DNA of 64,000 bases, from contig JAGOTL010000003.1 in the NCBI GenBank assembly GCA_018061805.1, positions 1,416-65,415 on the forward strand, read 5' to 3'. This DNA comes from Candidatus Babeliales bacterium (GTDB lineage Bacteria; Babelota; Babeliae; Babelales; Chromulinivoraceae). Both the position numbers and the translations under genes were made by a program. The notes beneath the pieces were generated by a model, which did not search any database, was not told the DNA's origin, and was given only the letters and a program-made list of their open reading frames with translations. Shown piece after piece: positions 1-10,091 of the stretch. The first letter of the stretch is position 1. Each line of letters opens with the position of its first letter.

Positions 1-2
1 TA

Positions 3-1616
3 CGTTTTCGTTTTAAATGGGGTACAGCTACTGAAGCAAAAACAGCAGATAGTTTTGTAACGGTTGTAGATTTGCCATTGACGGTTAAAGGTACAGCAAC
101 AAATAAACATTTACTATGGATCCGTGAAGGTTGGTTAAAGGTTGCATTAGGAGATGATCCTGATTACAATCACTTTTTCCAAGTTGGTTTAATACCGTAT
201 CAAGTTGGTCGAGGTATTAGCCTTGGTGCAGCATATGATGCAGCAGGATTTTTAGGTTTTAATCCAGGGTTTCAAATTGATCAATATGCACCTGGTGCAG
301 TGATAAGCTATAATCCTATTAAAGATCGTTTTATGATCGATGCGTATGTTGCTCTTTTGGAAAATCTTCAAACGTCTCTCACTGAAAATTTAGAAATTAT
401 TCGTAAAAACGAATTGAATTCTTGTGGTCAACGTGGTGTTGGTAGACAATCTATTTTAAGCGCTATACGTGCAGATATACTTGTATTTGAAGCAGAGCAT
501 TATAAATTTAATATCGAACCGTATTTGGTATATCAACATGCACCTGATCAAGATTTAGAATTTAAAAATGATGCTAATTCATATACATCAACAGCGGGTT
601 GTGCGGTTGAAGGTATTTATAAAAATTGGAATTGGGGCTTTGAGTTAGGTTTTAACTTCGGTGAATATGATATTTTAGCGTGGGATCGTAACGAAATTAA
701 ATTTGCAAAAAATAATGACACAGGCTATGTGTATGAGCAATATTCAAAAGTATATACACAGGATCCTGCAACAGTTGCAAAACCGCTTGGTGCACCTGTG
801 ACAAACTCAGTAACAAGTTTTCTAAAAGGGTCACCAACTACAGTTGCTATGAATGGTAAAGAAATTGGTACTGTTGATATTAATGGTACTCCTACACCTC
901 TTTATAATGCTTTTAACCGATTTCGTCCTGAGCAACGCAGAATACTTGGTGGTTATTTTGGTGTAGCAGATTTTACATGGGATGTTATTCCTAAAGTGTT
1001 ATCATGGTCGTTTGGAATAGGATATGCATCGGGTTATAACGATCCGTTACGTGACGTTAATAAAACTCCGTCAACGATTTTGCTCAATGAGCAATTTAAT
1101 GCGTTTGTGCCTATACAATCTGTATATTTTGGTACACGTTTGAATCACTTGGTGCTTTTTAACCAAGGGGTTCCTCGATTTAACGTTGTGTTGCCAAACG
1201 CAGATTTAAGTAAAAACAACGTAACGCCTGTGCTACAAACAGATACTATTAATGAAATGACAAACATAGCATTTATTGGTACGAATTTTTCATGCAAAGT
1301 TCCTCAGTTAAAAGAATATAAAGTGACGTTAGTTCCAAATATTATTTGTTATTGGATTCCTGAACCAGCAAGCTTCTTGCTCGATCTAAATAATCCAGAT
1401 TCTAAAACAACAGCAAGTAACTTTTTAGGTACAGAATTTACGGCAAAATTTAGCGCTATATTCTTTACAAAATTAGCACTGCAAGGTTATTTGGGTGTTT
1501 TAGTTCCTGGTAATCATTATAGAAATATGAGTGGAACTATAGTAAGCAAATACAAATTACCGACAGGTTGTGATACAGCATGCGTTGGTAACATTGGTTT
1601 AGCATATCTATTTTAA
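3..1616 (+). CDS. Outer-membrane beta-barrel protein, 5'-truncated by window edge
   Basis: Frame is open from nt 3 (no stop upstream of the listed TTG at 72), so the gene begins before the window. Gly/Asn/Tyr/Thr-rich alternating beta-strand pattern. C-terminus ...NIGLAYLF ends in Phe, the usual OMP/BAM signature. Confidence 0.6.
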   Translation, partial: RFRFKWGTATEAKTADSFVTVVDLPLTVKGTATNKHLLWIREGWLKVALGDDPDYNHFFQVGLIPYQVGRGISLGAAYDAAGFLGFNPGFQIDQYAPGAVISYNPIKDRFMIDAYVALLENLQTSLTENLEIIRKNELNSCGQRGVGRQSILSAIRADILVFEAEHYKFNIEPYLVYQHAPDQDLEFKNDANSYTSTAGCAVEGIYKNWNWGFELGFNFGEYDILAWDRNEIKFAKNNDTGYVYEQYSKVYTQDPATVAKPLGAPVTNSVTSFLKGSPTTVAMNGKEIGTVDINGTPTPLYNAFNRFRPEQRRILGGYFGVADFTWDVIPKVLSWSFGIGYASGYNDPLRDVNKTPSTILLNEQFNAFVPIQSVYFGTRLNHLVLFNQGVPRFNVVLPNADLSKNNVTPVLQTDTINEMTNIAFIGTNFSCKVPQLKEYKVTLVPNIICYWIPEPASFLLDLNNPDSKTTASNFLGTEFTAKFSAIFFTKLALQGYLGVLVPGNHYRNMSGTIVSKYKLPTGCDTACVGNIGLAYLF

Positions 1617-1648
1617 TAGTGAACTTTTTAAAGTATTGAGTAAAAAAT

Positions 1649-3421
1649 ATGAAACAAAGAACAACATATTGTGGACTTGTGCAACAACAGCATGTTGGTA
1701 CAACAATCACATTGCTTGGATGGGTACATCGTCGTCGTGATCATGGTGGATTAATTTTTATTGATCTACGTGATCGTGAAGGGATCATGCAGATTGTGTT
1801 TAGCCCTGATTTTAATGTACAAGCTCACGAGTTAGCGCATACGTTGCGCAGTGAATATGTTGTTGCCGTAGTTGGTACTGTAATTGCTCGAGAACCGCAC
1901 TTAGTGAATAAAGATCTTAAAACTGGTGCGTATGAACTACAAGTACATGATCTTGAGGTTTTAAATAAATCAGTTGTTTTACCGTTTACGATGGAAGAAG
2001 CGGCTGATGTTGATGAAGAAACACGATTAACATATCGTTATTTAGATTTGCGTCGTGCTGAAATGTATCGCAACTTTAAATTGCGTAGCGACGTTACTTT
2101 TTTTGTGCGTGAATTTTTTAGAAATCAAGGTTTTTTAGAAATAGAGACTCCTGTTTTAACTAAAAACACACCAGAAGGTGCACGAGAATTTTTAGTGCCG
2201 TCACGCATACATGAGCATAGTTTTTATGCATTACCTCAATCTCCTCAGATGTACAAACAGTTATCAATGGCAGCTGGATTTGATAGATATGTACAAATAG
2301 CGCGTTGTTTTAGAGATGAAGATTTGCGTGCTGATCGTCAACCAGAATTTACTCAAATTGATGTTGAAATGTCTTTTGTACAAGAAGAAGATGTTATGAC
2401 AACAATTGAATCATTGTTGCACCATGTTTTTAAGCAATCTATGAATTTGGAAATTCCAAAAAAATTTGAACGTATTACCTATGATGAAGCTTTTTCAAAA
2501 TATGGTTCTGATAAACCTGATTTGCGTTATGGACTTCAAATTAATGATGTAAGTTCTTTATTTGAAAAAACAGAGCTTAAATTTTTACAAACGGTATTGT
2601 TGCAAGGTGGTAAAGTTGGCGCGATTCATGTCAACCAAAAACAATTTACACGATCTGAACTTGAAGGTTGGGTAAACAAAGCGATGCATTTGGGAGCAAA
2701 AGGTTTATTGTGGATACGCTTTAATGAACAAGGTGAGGCAGAATCGCCTGTTTCAAAATTTTTACCAGCAAACTTTTTACAACAAGTTCAATCTATAATT
2801 CCATCTGTTAAAGCTGGAGATACTTTATTTTTGATAGCGGGAAAATACAGCGAAGCCTGGACACTTTTGGGTCGCTTGCGTTGTAATTTAGCATCAGATT
2901 TAAACATTATTAATCATGACGAATATCGTTTCTGTTGGGTTGTAGATTTTCCACTATTTGAATATGATGAAGCAGAAAAAAGATGGAATTCTGTACACCA
3001 TCCATTTACAAGTCCAAAGGCTGGTTGGCAAGATTTGGCGCTAGGCGATATTAAAGCTCGTGCATACGATGTTGTATTAAACGGGTATGAGCTTGGTGGT
3101 GGATCAATTCGTATTCATGACATAGAATTTCAAAAGAAAATGTTTGCATTTTTAGGTCTTGATGAATCAAAAATGCAAGAAAAATTTGGAGCATTGCTTA
3201 CAGCATTAGAAATGGGTTGTCCTCCGCACGGTGGTCTTGCGCTTGGTTTAGATCGTATCATTATGTTGATGACGAAATCTAAATCGATTCGTGATGTAAT
3301 AGCCTTTCCAAAAACACAAAAAGGCCTTGATGCAATGATGAAAGCTCCAGGCGAAGTAGATGAAAAAGATTTAGTGATGTACGGTCTGAAATATCTACCA
3401 AAAAAAGAAGATAAGAAATAA
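1649..3421 (+). CDS. aspS: Aspartyl-tRNA synthetase (bacterial type with insertion domain)
   Basis: 590 aa. Class IIb motifs FRDEDLRADRQPEFTQID, GGGSIRIH, PPHGGLALGLDRI. N-terminal OB-fold region. Full length. Confidence 0.97.
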   Translation: MKQRTTYCGLVQQQHVGTTITLLGWVHRRRDHGGLIFIDLRDREGIMQIVFSPDFNVQAHELAHTLRSEYVVAVVGTVIAREPHLVNKDLKTGAYELQVHDLEVLNKSVVLPFTMEEAADVDEETRLTYRYLDLRRAEMYRNFKLRSDVTFFVREFFRNQGFLEIETPVLTKNTPEGAREFLVPSRIHEHSFYALPQSPQMYKQLSMAAGFDRYVQIARCFRDEDLRADRQPEFTQIDVEMSFVQEEDVMTTIESLLHHVFKQSMNLEIPKKFERITYDEAFSKYGSDKPDLRYGLQINDVSSLFEKTELKFLQTVLLQGGKVGAIHVNQKQFTRSELEGWVNKAMHLGAKGLLWIRFNEQGEAESPVSKFLPANFLQQVQSIIPSVKAGDTLFLIAGKYSEAWTLLGRLRCNLASDLNIINHDEYRFCWVVDFPLFEYDEAEKRWNSVHHPFTSPKAGWQDLALGDIKARAYDVVLNGYELGGGSIRIHDIEFQKKMFAFLGLDESKMQEKFGALLTALEMGCPPHGGLALGLDRIIMLMTKSKSIRDVIAFPKTQKGLDAMMKAPGEVDEKDLVMYGLKYLPKKEDKK

Positions 3422-3436
3422 ACATAGTTACTTTGC

Positions 3437-3471
3437 AAAAGAGATGGTGTTAAAATACCATCTCTTTTTTT
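3437..3471 (+). terminator. Rho-independent terminator after aspS
   Basis: Stem aaaagagatggt / accatctctttt with 8-nt loop, followed by a T-run. Confidence 0.75.
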
Positions 3472-3586
3472 ATGCCTAATGTGAGCTTAGGCGTTGCAAA
3501 AGGATTTAAATCTATCCCTTAATATTGATTTAGCGGCTTTAAAAACTGTATTTTAAAACTAAATACGTAAAAAAGGGGTGGGGATC

Positions 3587-4903
3587 ATGAAACACAAAGT
3601 ACTCATATGTTTTATTGGAATTTGTTCAATAATTCAAAATATATCGATAGTCGCGTCAGAGCGTAGAAAGTCATCAATTAAAAGTCCTAAAAGCAGAACA
3701 GAGGCGTTTATAGCAGAATGTAGCAATGGTAAAGTTGCTAAAGCAAAAGCATTGCTTGTTTCTTCGGTTAACAAAGATGGTTCATTAGTTTTTAATAAAG
3801 ATCTTGATGTCAATGGTGTTGATAAGCATGGTGACACAGCCTTGATAGCAGCTTGTAAAGGAGGGCATCTGAATGTTGTTGAGTTTTTATTATCACTGAG
3901 TAAATCTAACCAAGCGCCACTCATAGATATCAATAAACAAGGCGAGGATGGTAAGACTGCATTGCTGAGCACGTGTGAACGGTTATTTATGGTGAGCAAT
4001 GATGTAGAAGCACGATACAACCCTCATTTTAATATTATAAAAAAATTATTACAGGCTGGTGCAGATACAACTATTGTTGATAAAAATAACGAAATGATGG
4101 TTAATGTTTTAGCTGATGGCTTGAAAGAGTACAATGGTCTTGTTAATAAACAGCTTAAAAAAGAAATTAAAAAAATGATTGGTGTGTACGACGCATTGAC
4201 AGAGCTAACGGTAAAGCCAACGCCACAAATGATTCAATTTTTAGAAGCGTATGGATCATTTGTAGAAGGTAAGCCGCAAGCGCTGCATGATTTTTTGTTT
4301 AAAAACAAAGTATCCTTTGAAAGTATTATGGATGTTTTGCAGGTTACTTGTAAAACAGATAGCATTGGCCACCTGGTAGATTGGTATGTGGATCTATATC
4401 CAGATGATCGGGAACTCAGACGCATAGCAGATAGATATAAACAACATTTTACGGATTATATAACTGCAGACTTACAAAAAAGTACCACAGAAGAAGATTT
4501 TTCTTCACCAGACATTGAATCATATGATTTAGCAAAATCAACAAGTAGCTCTTTGTTTGAAGAAGAGCAGCAAGATTCTTTAAACGCTTCTGTAAAATTG
4601 CCATCGATCATGCGACGTCCATCAAACTCTGCTGTGAGATCAAAAGATATCCAGGAAGTAAATGAGAAAGCCAATGCTTCTTGGATTGATGATGTACGCG
4701 AGTTAGAGCCATTTACCGTAGTATCTCAGGCACCTAAAGGATTACCTCCATTGGCTCGCCGTCAATCAAGTTTTAATCTGAATAATAGACTCTCTAAAAA
4801 TTCACAATCATTTGTGGATAAAAAACGCGCAGCTGTTTTAGAACAACAAGCGTTGAGTCGGCAAGAGTCTTTATCAGATATAGAATTTTCAGATGCTGAA
4901 TAA
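3587..4903 (+). CDS. Secreted ankyrin-repeat protein with Ser/Glu-rich disordered C-terminal tail
   Basis: ATG at 3587 preceded by aaaaggggtgggg RBS (the listed GTG 3578 is less likely). N-terminal signal-like MKHKVLICFIGICSIIQNISIVAS. ANK motifs GDTALIAACKGGHLNVVEFLL and DGKTALL. Confidence 0.8.
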   Translation: MKHKVLICFIGICSIIQNISIVASERRKSSIKSPKSRTEAFIAECSNGKVAKAKALLVSSVNKDGSLVFNKDLDVNGVDKHGDTALIAACKGGHLNVVEFLLSLSKSNQAPLIDINKQGEDGKTALLSTCERLFMVSNDVEARYNPHFNIIKKLLQAGADTTIVDKNNEMMVNVLADGLKEYNGLVNKQLKKEIKKMIGVYDALTELTVKPTPQMIQFLEAYGSFVEGKPQALHDFLFKNKVSFESIMDVLQVTCKTDSIGHLVDWYVDLYPDDRELRRIADRYKQHFTDYITADLQKSTTEEDFSSPDIESYDLAKSTSSSLFEEEQQDSLNASVKLPSIMRRPSNSAVRSKDIQEVNEKANASWIDDVRELEPFTVVSQAPKGLPPLARRQSSFNLNNRLSKNSQSFVDKKRAAVLEQQALSRQESLSDIEFSDAE

Positions 4904-4926
4904 ATATTAAAAATATTTTATTATTT

Positions 4927-4960
4927 AAAAAAGAGATGGGCTGTAACCCATCTCTTTTTT
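4927..4960. terminator. Bidirectional rho-independent terminator between convergent ANK gene and clpB
   Basis: Stem aaaaaagagatggg / cccatctctttttt with 6-nt loop. A-run upstream and T-run downstream, so it can work on both strands. Confidence 0.75.
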
Positions 4961-4968
4961 ATTTGATA

Positions 4969-7533
4969 TTATTTATTAATAATTAAATGTTCATCTTTCA
5001 GATCAATTGTTATTTGTTTTGTATCAGGATGTGCAAGTAAATATTGTGATGTTGGCACAACGATGTATTGATGAATTGCTCGCTTAAGTGGACGTGCACC
5101 AAATTCTTGTTCAAAACCTTGCTGTGCAACAAAATCTAATGCTTTGTCAGAAATAGTGACAGCTATGTCTTTTTCTTTGAGCCTGTTTTCAAAATGTCTA
5201 AAATGTACTTTGGCAATGTTGCGAATAATATCTTCAGACAACATGTTAAAGTACACGATTTCATCTATACGATTTAAAAATTCAGGTCTAAATGTTTTAT
5301 GAAGTAGTTTTTGGATTTCTTGTTTTACTTGATCGTCAATTTTTTTAGCTTGTAAAATAATGTCTGATCCAATATTTGATGTCATTATGATCACGCAGTT
5401 TTTAAAGTTTATTGTGCGTCCTTGACCATCAGTCAGTCGTCCATCATCCAAGATTTGTAAAAAGACGTTAAATACTTCAGGATGAGCTTTTTCAATTTCA
5501 TCAAAGAGTACAATGCTGTATGGATTTCTGCGTACCGCTTCGGTGAGTTGTCCACCTTCTTCATGGCCCACATATCCAGGAGGAGAACCAATTAATCTTG
5601 ATACGGCATGTTTTTCCATATACTCAGACATATCAATTCGAATTAATTTATGTTCATCATTAAACAAATAATCAGCCAGAGTTTTTGCTACTTCTGTTTT
5701 ACCTACACCTGTAGGCCCAAGGAATAAAAACGAACCGATTGGTTTGTGTGGATCGGTAAGTCCTGCACGGTGTACTTGGATAGCGTGTACAATTTTTCTG
5801 ATAGCTTCATCTTGCCCAACGACGCGTTTTTTAAGTTCTGCTTCCATATCAAGCAGCTTCTTAGATTCTGAAGCTTGTAATTTTTGAACTGGAATTCCTG
5901 TCCAACGTGATAAGACTTTAGCAATATCTTCAGCTGTTACAGTTTCTTTTAAAAGGTTAGAGCCAGTTTTTTGTACAAGGTCTTGTTGTGTTTTTAATTC
6001 TTTTTCGAGTTGTACAAGTTTGCCGTATTTAATTTCAGATGCTCGTGCAAAATCACCCATGCGCTCAGCTTGATAGAATTCATAATTCGCAAGTTCTATT
6101 TTTTCTTTGATCTGTTGAATTTTTTCAAGAGGTGCACGCTCTGCTTCCCATTGATTAAGCAGTGTTTGATGTTGTTCTTTGAGTGCAGTAAGTTCTTTGG
6201 TTAAATCTTGTAAGCGTTCTTGCGATGCTTTGTTATCTTTTTCTTTGGTTAAAGCTACTTTTTCAATTTCAAGCTGACGAATTTTTCGTTCCATTTGGTC
6301 CAGAGATTCTGGTTTGGATTCGATTGCCATTTTAACCATAGATGCAGCTTCATCTACAAGGTCAATTGCTTTATCAGGTAAAAAACGATCAGGAATGTTT
6401 TTTGCAGATAGTTGTACTGCTTGTACCAAAGCATCATCGATAATTTTTATACCATGGTGAAGTTCATATTTTTCTTTAAGTCCGCGAAGGATTGATAAAG
6501 CATCTTCTATGGACGGTTCTTCAACGAGCACTTTTTGAAAACGTCGCTCAAGTGCAGCATCTTTCTCTATGTATTTTTTGTATTCTTTAATTGTTGTAGC
6601 GCCGATGCAATGCAGTTGCCCTCGTGCTAATGCAGGTTTTAGAAGGTTAGATGCATCCATACCACCACCGGTAGATCCTGCGCCAACAAGCATATGAAGT
6701 TCGTCGATGAATAAAATAATATGATCACCAGATTCTTCGATTGATTTTAAGATACCTTTGATACGTTCTTCAAATTCACCTTGGTATTTTGTTCCAGCCA
6801 TCAATGATCCCATATCAAGGGCATAAATGGTATTATTTTTTAAGCTTTCGGGCACATCATTGTTTATGATACGTTGTGCTATTCCTTCGACGATAGCTGT
6901 TTTACCCACACCAGGGTCACCAATGAGCACAGGATTATTTTTTGTTCTACGTGATAATATTTGGATAACACGACGAATTTCTTCGTGACGTCCGATAACG
7001 GGATCAAGTTTTCCTTGTTGTGCAAGTTTGGTAATATTTTGACAATATTTTTCTAAAATCTCATATTGTTTTTCTGCATTTTTATCGGTCACTTTTTTCC
7101 CTTTTCGTAAAGAATTTAAAAGATTTAAAACAGCGCCGTGGGTGTATTGATGCTCTTTTAAATAATCAGTTATTGCTGTTGGTAAAGTTTTTGTCATTGC
7201 AAATTGTAACAGCAAATGTTCCAAACTTATAAAAGCATCATCCATTTTTTGTGCTTCTTGTAAACAATGATTTAAAAATTGTTCGCATCCAGAATCAATA
7301 GAAAGTGATGTTGATGTAGAAGTAGGTAAACGTTTTAATTCTTGCTGTGTGATTTCAAATAAGCCTGTGATAGGTACCTGTAATCTTTTGTAAAATGATA
7401 TGCAAAATTCATTGTGTAAGCTTGTCCAAAAAAGATGAATAGTTTGGAGTGTAGGGTTTTTTTGTTGTTGTGCAAATTGGGCTGCATCTTGTAATAATTG
7501 TTTACAAGAATCGGTAAATTGATCAAAATTCAT
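4969..7533 (-). CDS. clpB: ClpB disaggregase (AAA+ chaperone)
   Basis: Two AAA+ modules (Walker A GDPGVGKT and GPTGVGKT). Long coiled-coil middle domain between them. Clp N-domain. Start taken at MNFDQF (ATG 7533, AAGGAAC RBS) rather than the upstream ORF start at 7593. Confidence 0.95.
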   Translation of the reverse strand: MNFDQFTDSCKQLLQDAAQFAQQQKNPTLQTIHLFWTSLHNEFCISFYKRLQVPITGLFEITQQELKRLPTSTSTSLSIDSGCEQFLNHCLQEAQKMDDAFISLEHLLLQFAMTKTLPTAITDYLKEHQYTHGAVLNLLNSLRKGKKVTDKNAEKQYEILEKYCQNITKLAQQGKLDPVIGRHEEIRRVIQILSRRTKNNPVLIGDPGVGKTAIVEGIAQRIINNDVPESLKNNTIYALDMGSLMAGTKYQGEFEERIKGILKSIEESGDHIILFIDELHMLVGAGSTGGGMDASNLLKPALARGQLHCIGATTIKEYKKYIEKDAALERRFQKVLVEEPSIEDALSILRGLKEKYELHHGIKIIDDALVQAVQLSAKNIPDRFLPDKAIDLVDEAASMVKMAIESKPESLDQMERKIRQLEIEKVALTKEKDNKASQERLQDLTKELTALKEQHQTLLNQWEAERAPLEKIQQIKEKIELANYEFYQAERMGDFARASEIKYGKLVQLEKELKTQQDLVQKTGSNLLKETVTAEDIAKVLSRWTGIPVQKLQASESKKLLDMEAELKKRVVGQDEAIRKIVHAIQVHRAGLTDPHKPIGSFLFLGPTGVGKTEVAKTLADYLFNDEHKLIRIDMSEYMEKHAVSRLIGSPPGYVGHEEGGQLTEAVRRNPYSIVLFDEIEKAHPEVFNVFLQILDDGRLTDGQGRTINFKNCVIIMTSNIGSDIILQAKKIDDQVKQEIQKLLHKTFRPEFLNRIDEIVYFNMLSEDIIRNIAKVHFRHFENRLKEKDIAVTISDKALDFVAQQGFEQEFGARPLKRAIHQYIVVPTSQYLLAHPDTKQITIDLKDEHLIINK

Positions 7534-7601
7534 AGAAGTTCCTTTGATATATATCGTTCTTATTATACATACCAAAGGAACTGTAATATTCAAATATGTT
7601 T

Positions 7602-8771
7602 TTAAAGTTGTTCAATAACTTTTTTTATTGGTTCAAGAGGAACTTCTGCGCAGGATTGAAAAGCTGTCATATAGTGATGAATGTTTCTTTGCCAGTTGTA
7701 TTTATATGTATCTATAAAATTACTTGTTTGAATAGCAGTATATTTTAGACCAAAATTTTCGGATATAAACCAAAACGCTGAATCAACAAGTAGTTGAAAT
7801 ATTTCAATTACCTGTGTCCCCGGTTTACAAAATAAAATGTTGGTTAATCCTGCACCATGTTCTGAAACAACGACATCAGCATTGTTAAACAATAAAATTT
7901 GGTCAATCATTGACAGTGTACTGAGCTTATATCTTTCAAAGCCTTTTGCTTCAAAAATCTTGAAAATTTCATCTTCGTTTTTTATTTTTCGCATAGGAGC
8001 ATCGCTTCGTGAAGCAAAAACTTTTTTTGATAAAGGAATAGATGCTTCATGTTTTTGTGCTGCTTCAAGCAATTTATTGCGAACATAATTTGCAAGAGTT
8101 GGATGTAGCAATAGGCCAATATGATTTTTGAAACCGAAGTTCATGTTAATAACCATTGAAGGTACAATTAATTCATCAGCTTGAATGCAATAATCAAGAC
8201 TACGAGGTGCAATAATTTTACGAGTATCAACCCCCCATAACTCTAAGGTTTCTTTCATATAATTTGAGTATGCGTCAATATACAACCAATCATATTCTAT
8301 GCCATGCATTTCAAGAAGAGCAAGTCGTCCAAGAACTTCACCGATCCAGTGGCAATAGCTGTTGTACACATATTGGGCTATGACAGCAACTCTGCCGGGT
8401 ATTTTGTGAATAGATTCTTCATTGATTGGCACTATATTGCTTAAAAGGTGTGGTTGATCAGCCCATATCATTTCTTTTATAAATTGATCTTCAATGAGTA
8501 CAAACCCAAACTGTGACTGAACTTTCCCATGTGGAATATTTAGAATGAAACATTCTTTAAAATATCCTTCATGAGGAAATAGCGGGGCAGGGGGAAATTC
8601 AGGTATATTAAAATATACATTTCCCAAGCATGGCATGTATCCAATCTCAGGATGCTCTTGCAGTATATGAGCCAAAGGAGCTACGTTGAAACTAGATGCA
8701 GTGCTAGTGGTAAGTAATAATATAAAACCAATGGATATGTTCATGTAAGATGATAAGACCTGTTTGTGCAT
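7602..8771 (-). CDS. GT61/DUF563-type glycosyltransferase with N-terminal signal/anchor
   Basis: C-terminal pattern KKVFASRSDAPMRKIKNEDEI...DQILLFNNADVVVSEHGAGLTNILFCKPGTQVIEI matches the GT61 (DUF563) signature HGAGLTN. Start at ATG 8771 has an AAGGAA RBS with 6-nt spacing. Hydrophobic N-terminus NISIGFILLLTTSTASS. Confidence 0.65.
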   Translation of the reverse strand: MHKQVLSSYMNISIGFILLLTTSTASSFNVAPLAHILQEHPEIGYMPCLGNVYFNIPEFPPAPLFPHEGYFKECFILNIPHGKVQSQFGFVLIEDQFIKEMIWADQPHLLSNIVPINEESIHKIPGRVAVIAQYVYNSYCHWIGEVLGRLALLEMHGIEYDWLYIDAYSNYMKETLELWGVDTRKIIAPRSLDYCIQADELIVPSMVINMNFGFKNHIGLLLHPTLANYVRNKLLEAAQKHEASIPLSKKVFASRSDAPMRKIKNEDEIFKIFEAKGFERYKLSTLSMIDQILLFNNADVVVSEHGAGLTNILFCKPGTQVIEIFQLLVDSAFWFISENFGLKYTAIQTSNFIDTYKYNWQRNIHHYMTAFQSCAEVPLEPIKKVIEQL

Positions 8772-8858
8772 AAAGCATTCCTTTTTTGAAAACATAGATG
8801 TCATGAATTTGGCTGATTATATAACGGAACAAATGTTTTTTCAACGAAACATTTGTTT

Positions 8859-10091
8859 TTATTCAGGTGCAATTAAAGATCTTTTTTTTCTATGATAACT
8901 AATTGCAAATTGATGCGTTTTATCTCTGATTTGTAAGAGCAATGCATCTTCTGGATTGTGAGGATCAAGTTTTATATAATGTAAAAAATCTGCAGATATG
9001 ATTGTTTCTTCTTTTTTGGCCAGACCTACAAGTTCAGCTGTTCCTATCCATGGTTTAATAGCACTTATTTGTCCTTTGCCACCATCAACAATGATAAGAT
9101 TTGGGTACTCTGATTTGTTTTTATAGCGTCGTTGTACTATTTCACGTAGTGCAGCATAGTCATCTTGAGAGATAATAGAGTTAATTTTAAATCTGCGAAA
9201 CGATTTTGGTTCTGGTTGTCCATGTACATAGCGGATACAGCTTCCAACGATAGCAGAGCCTTGTAAGTGTGATATATCAAAACAATCTATGACATAAGGG
9301 ATATGTTTTAAATGCAGTTTTTTTTGTATTGCCTGCAGTATTGGTAAAAATTTCTCATTGCTTTCTGTGCGTTGTTTGCTTGGCATGGTGCTTAACTTTT
9401 CAAGGGTATCTGCAAATGCTTCAAAATTTTGCTTGTAGTTTACCAGTATGCGAGCTCGTTCATACTGTAAAGCTTGAGAAGCATTTTTTATTTCTTGGTC
9501 AATTTGTTTAATGGCAGATTTTAGATTGTTATTTAATAAATGTTTGGCGAGCGTGACGCGGATATTATAAAAATCAATATCAAAATCTTGAGAACAAGAA
9601 CCTGCGCATATACCGATATGATATTCTAAGCAACCGTTTGGTATTTTTTTAGAACAGAGTTTAAGTTGAAATGTTTCCATTAAAAAATTATAAATACTGC
9701 GAGCTACTTTTTTATTTAAAAAAGGCCCTACGTAGGATCCTTTTTTTAATTTTGTTCTAACGATTGATATAGTTGGTATTTTTTCATCTGAAAAAAATAA
9801 ATAAATAAAAGGATTTCCCTCTTTGAGCAGACTATTATATTTTGGTTGGTATTTTTTTATGAGATCAACTTCAAGGTACAATGCTTCAAGCTCACTGTTG
9901 ACAGGTATGGTTTCTAGACGTACAGCTTCATGCAGTATGCGTTCTACTTTGTGGGCATCAGGATTATTAAAATATGAAGCAATACGCGCAGCAAGAGATT
10001 TTGCTTTGCCTATATAGATAATTTCATCAGATGTATTGTAAAAAAGATAGACACCTGGTTTTTTAGAAATATTTTTAGGCCTTTGAAGCAT
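8859..10091 (-). CDS. uvrC: Excinuclease ABC subunit C, short form lacking C-terminal (HhH)2 domain
   Basis: GIY-YIG motif (GVYLFY...IIYIGKAKSLAARI). UVR-like segment (QALQYERARIL). C-terminal endonuclease module (IDCFDISHLQG...IIVDGGKGQ...HQFAISYHRKKR). Only 410 aa against roughly 600 for typical UvrC. Confidence 0.85.
   Translation of the reverse strand: MLQRPKNISKKPGVYLFYNTSDEIIYIGKAKSLAARIASYFNNPDAHKVERILHEAVRLETIPVNSELEALYLEVDLIKKYQPKYNSLLKEGNPFIYLFFSDEKIPTISIVRTKLKKGSYVGPFLNKKVARSIYNFLMETFQLKLCSKKIPNGCLEYHIGICAGSCSQDFDIDFYNIRVTLAKHLLNNNLKSAIKQIDQEIKNASQALQYERARILVNYKQNFEAFADTLEKLSTMPSKQRTESNEKFLPILQAIQKKLHLKHIPYVIDCFDISHLQGSAIVGSCIRYVHGQPEPKSFRRFKINSIISQDDYAALREIVQRRYKNKSEYPNLIIVDGGKGQISAIKPWIGTAELVGLAKKEETIISADFLHYIKLDPHNPEDALLLQIRDKTHQFAISYHRKKRSLIAPE

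Noticed and set aside
72-1616. The listed TTG start at 72 for the first ORF
   Set aside because: The frame is open all the way from nt 3 with no stop, and there is no RBS before 72. The gene most likely starts upstream of the window, so I report it as 5'-partial.
3130-3438. 102-aa minus-strand ORF inside the 3' end of aspS
   Set aside because: It is entirely antisense to a well-supported conserved gene. It has no RBS and the low-complexity translation typical of shadow ORFs in AT-rich DNA. The same reasoning applies to 3634..4020, 4234..4425 and 4456..4674 inside the ANK gene.
8859-10091. The short uvrC as a pseudogene
   Set aside because: The frame is uninterrupted and begins with a proper ATG. 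Both nuclease modules have their signature residues. The shortening looks like clean domain loss rather than decay.
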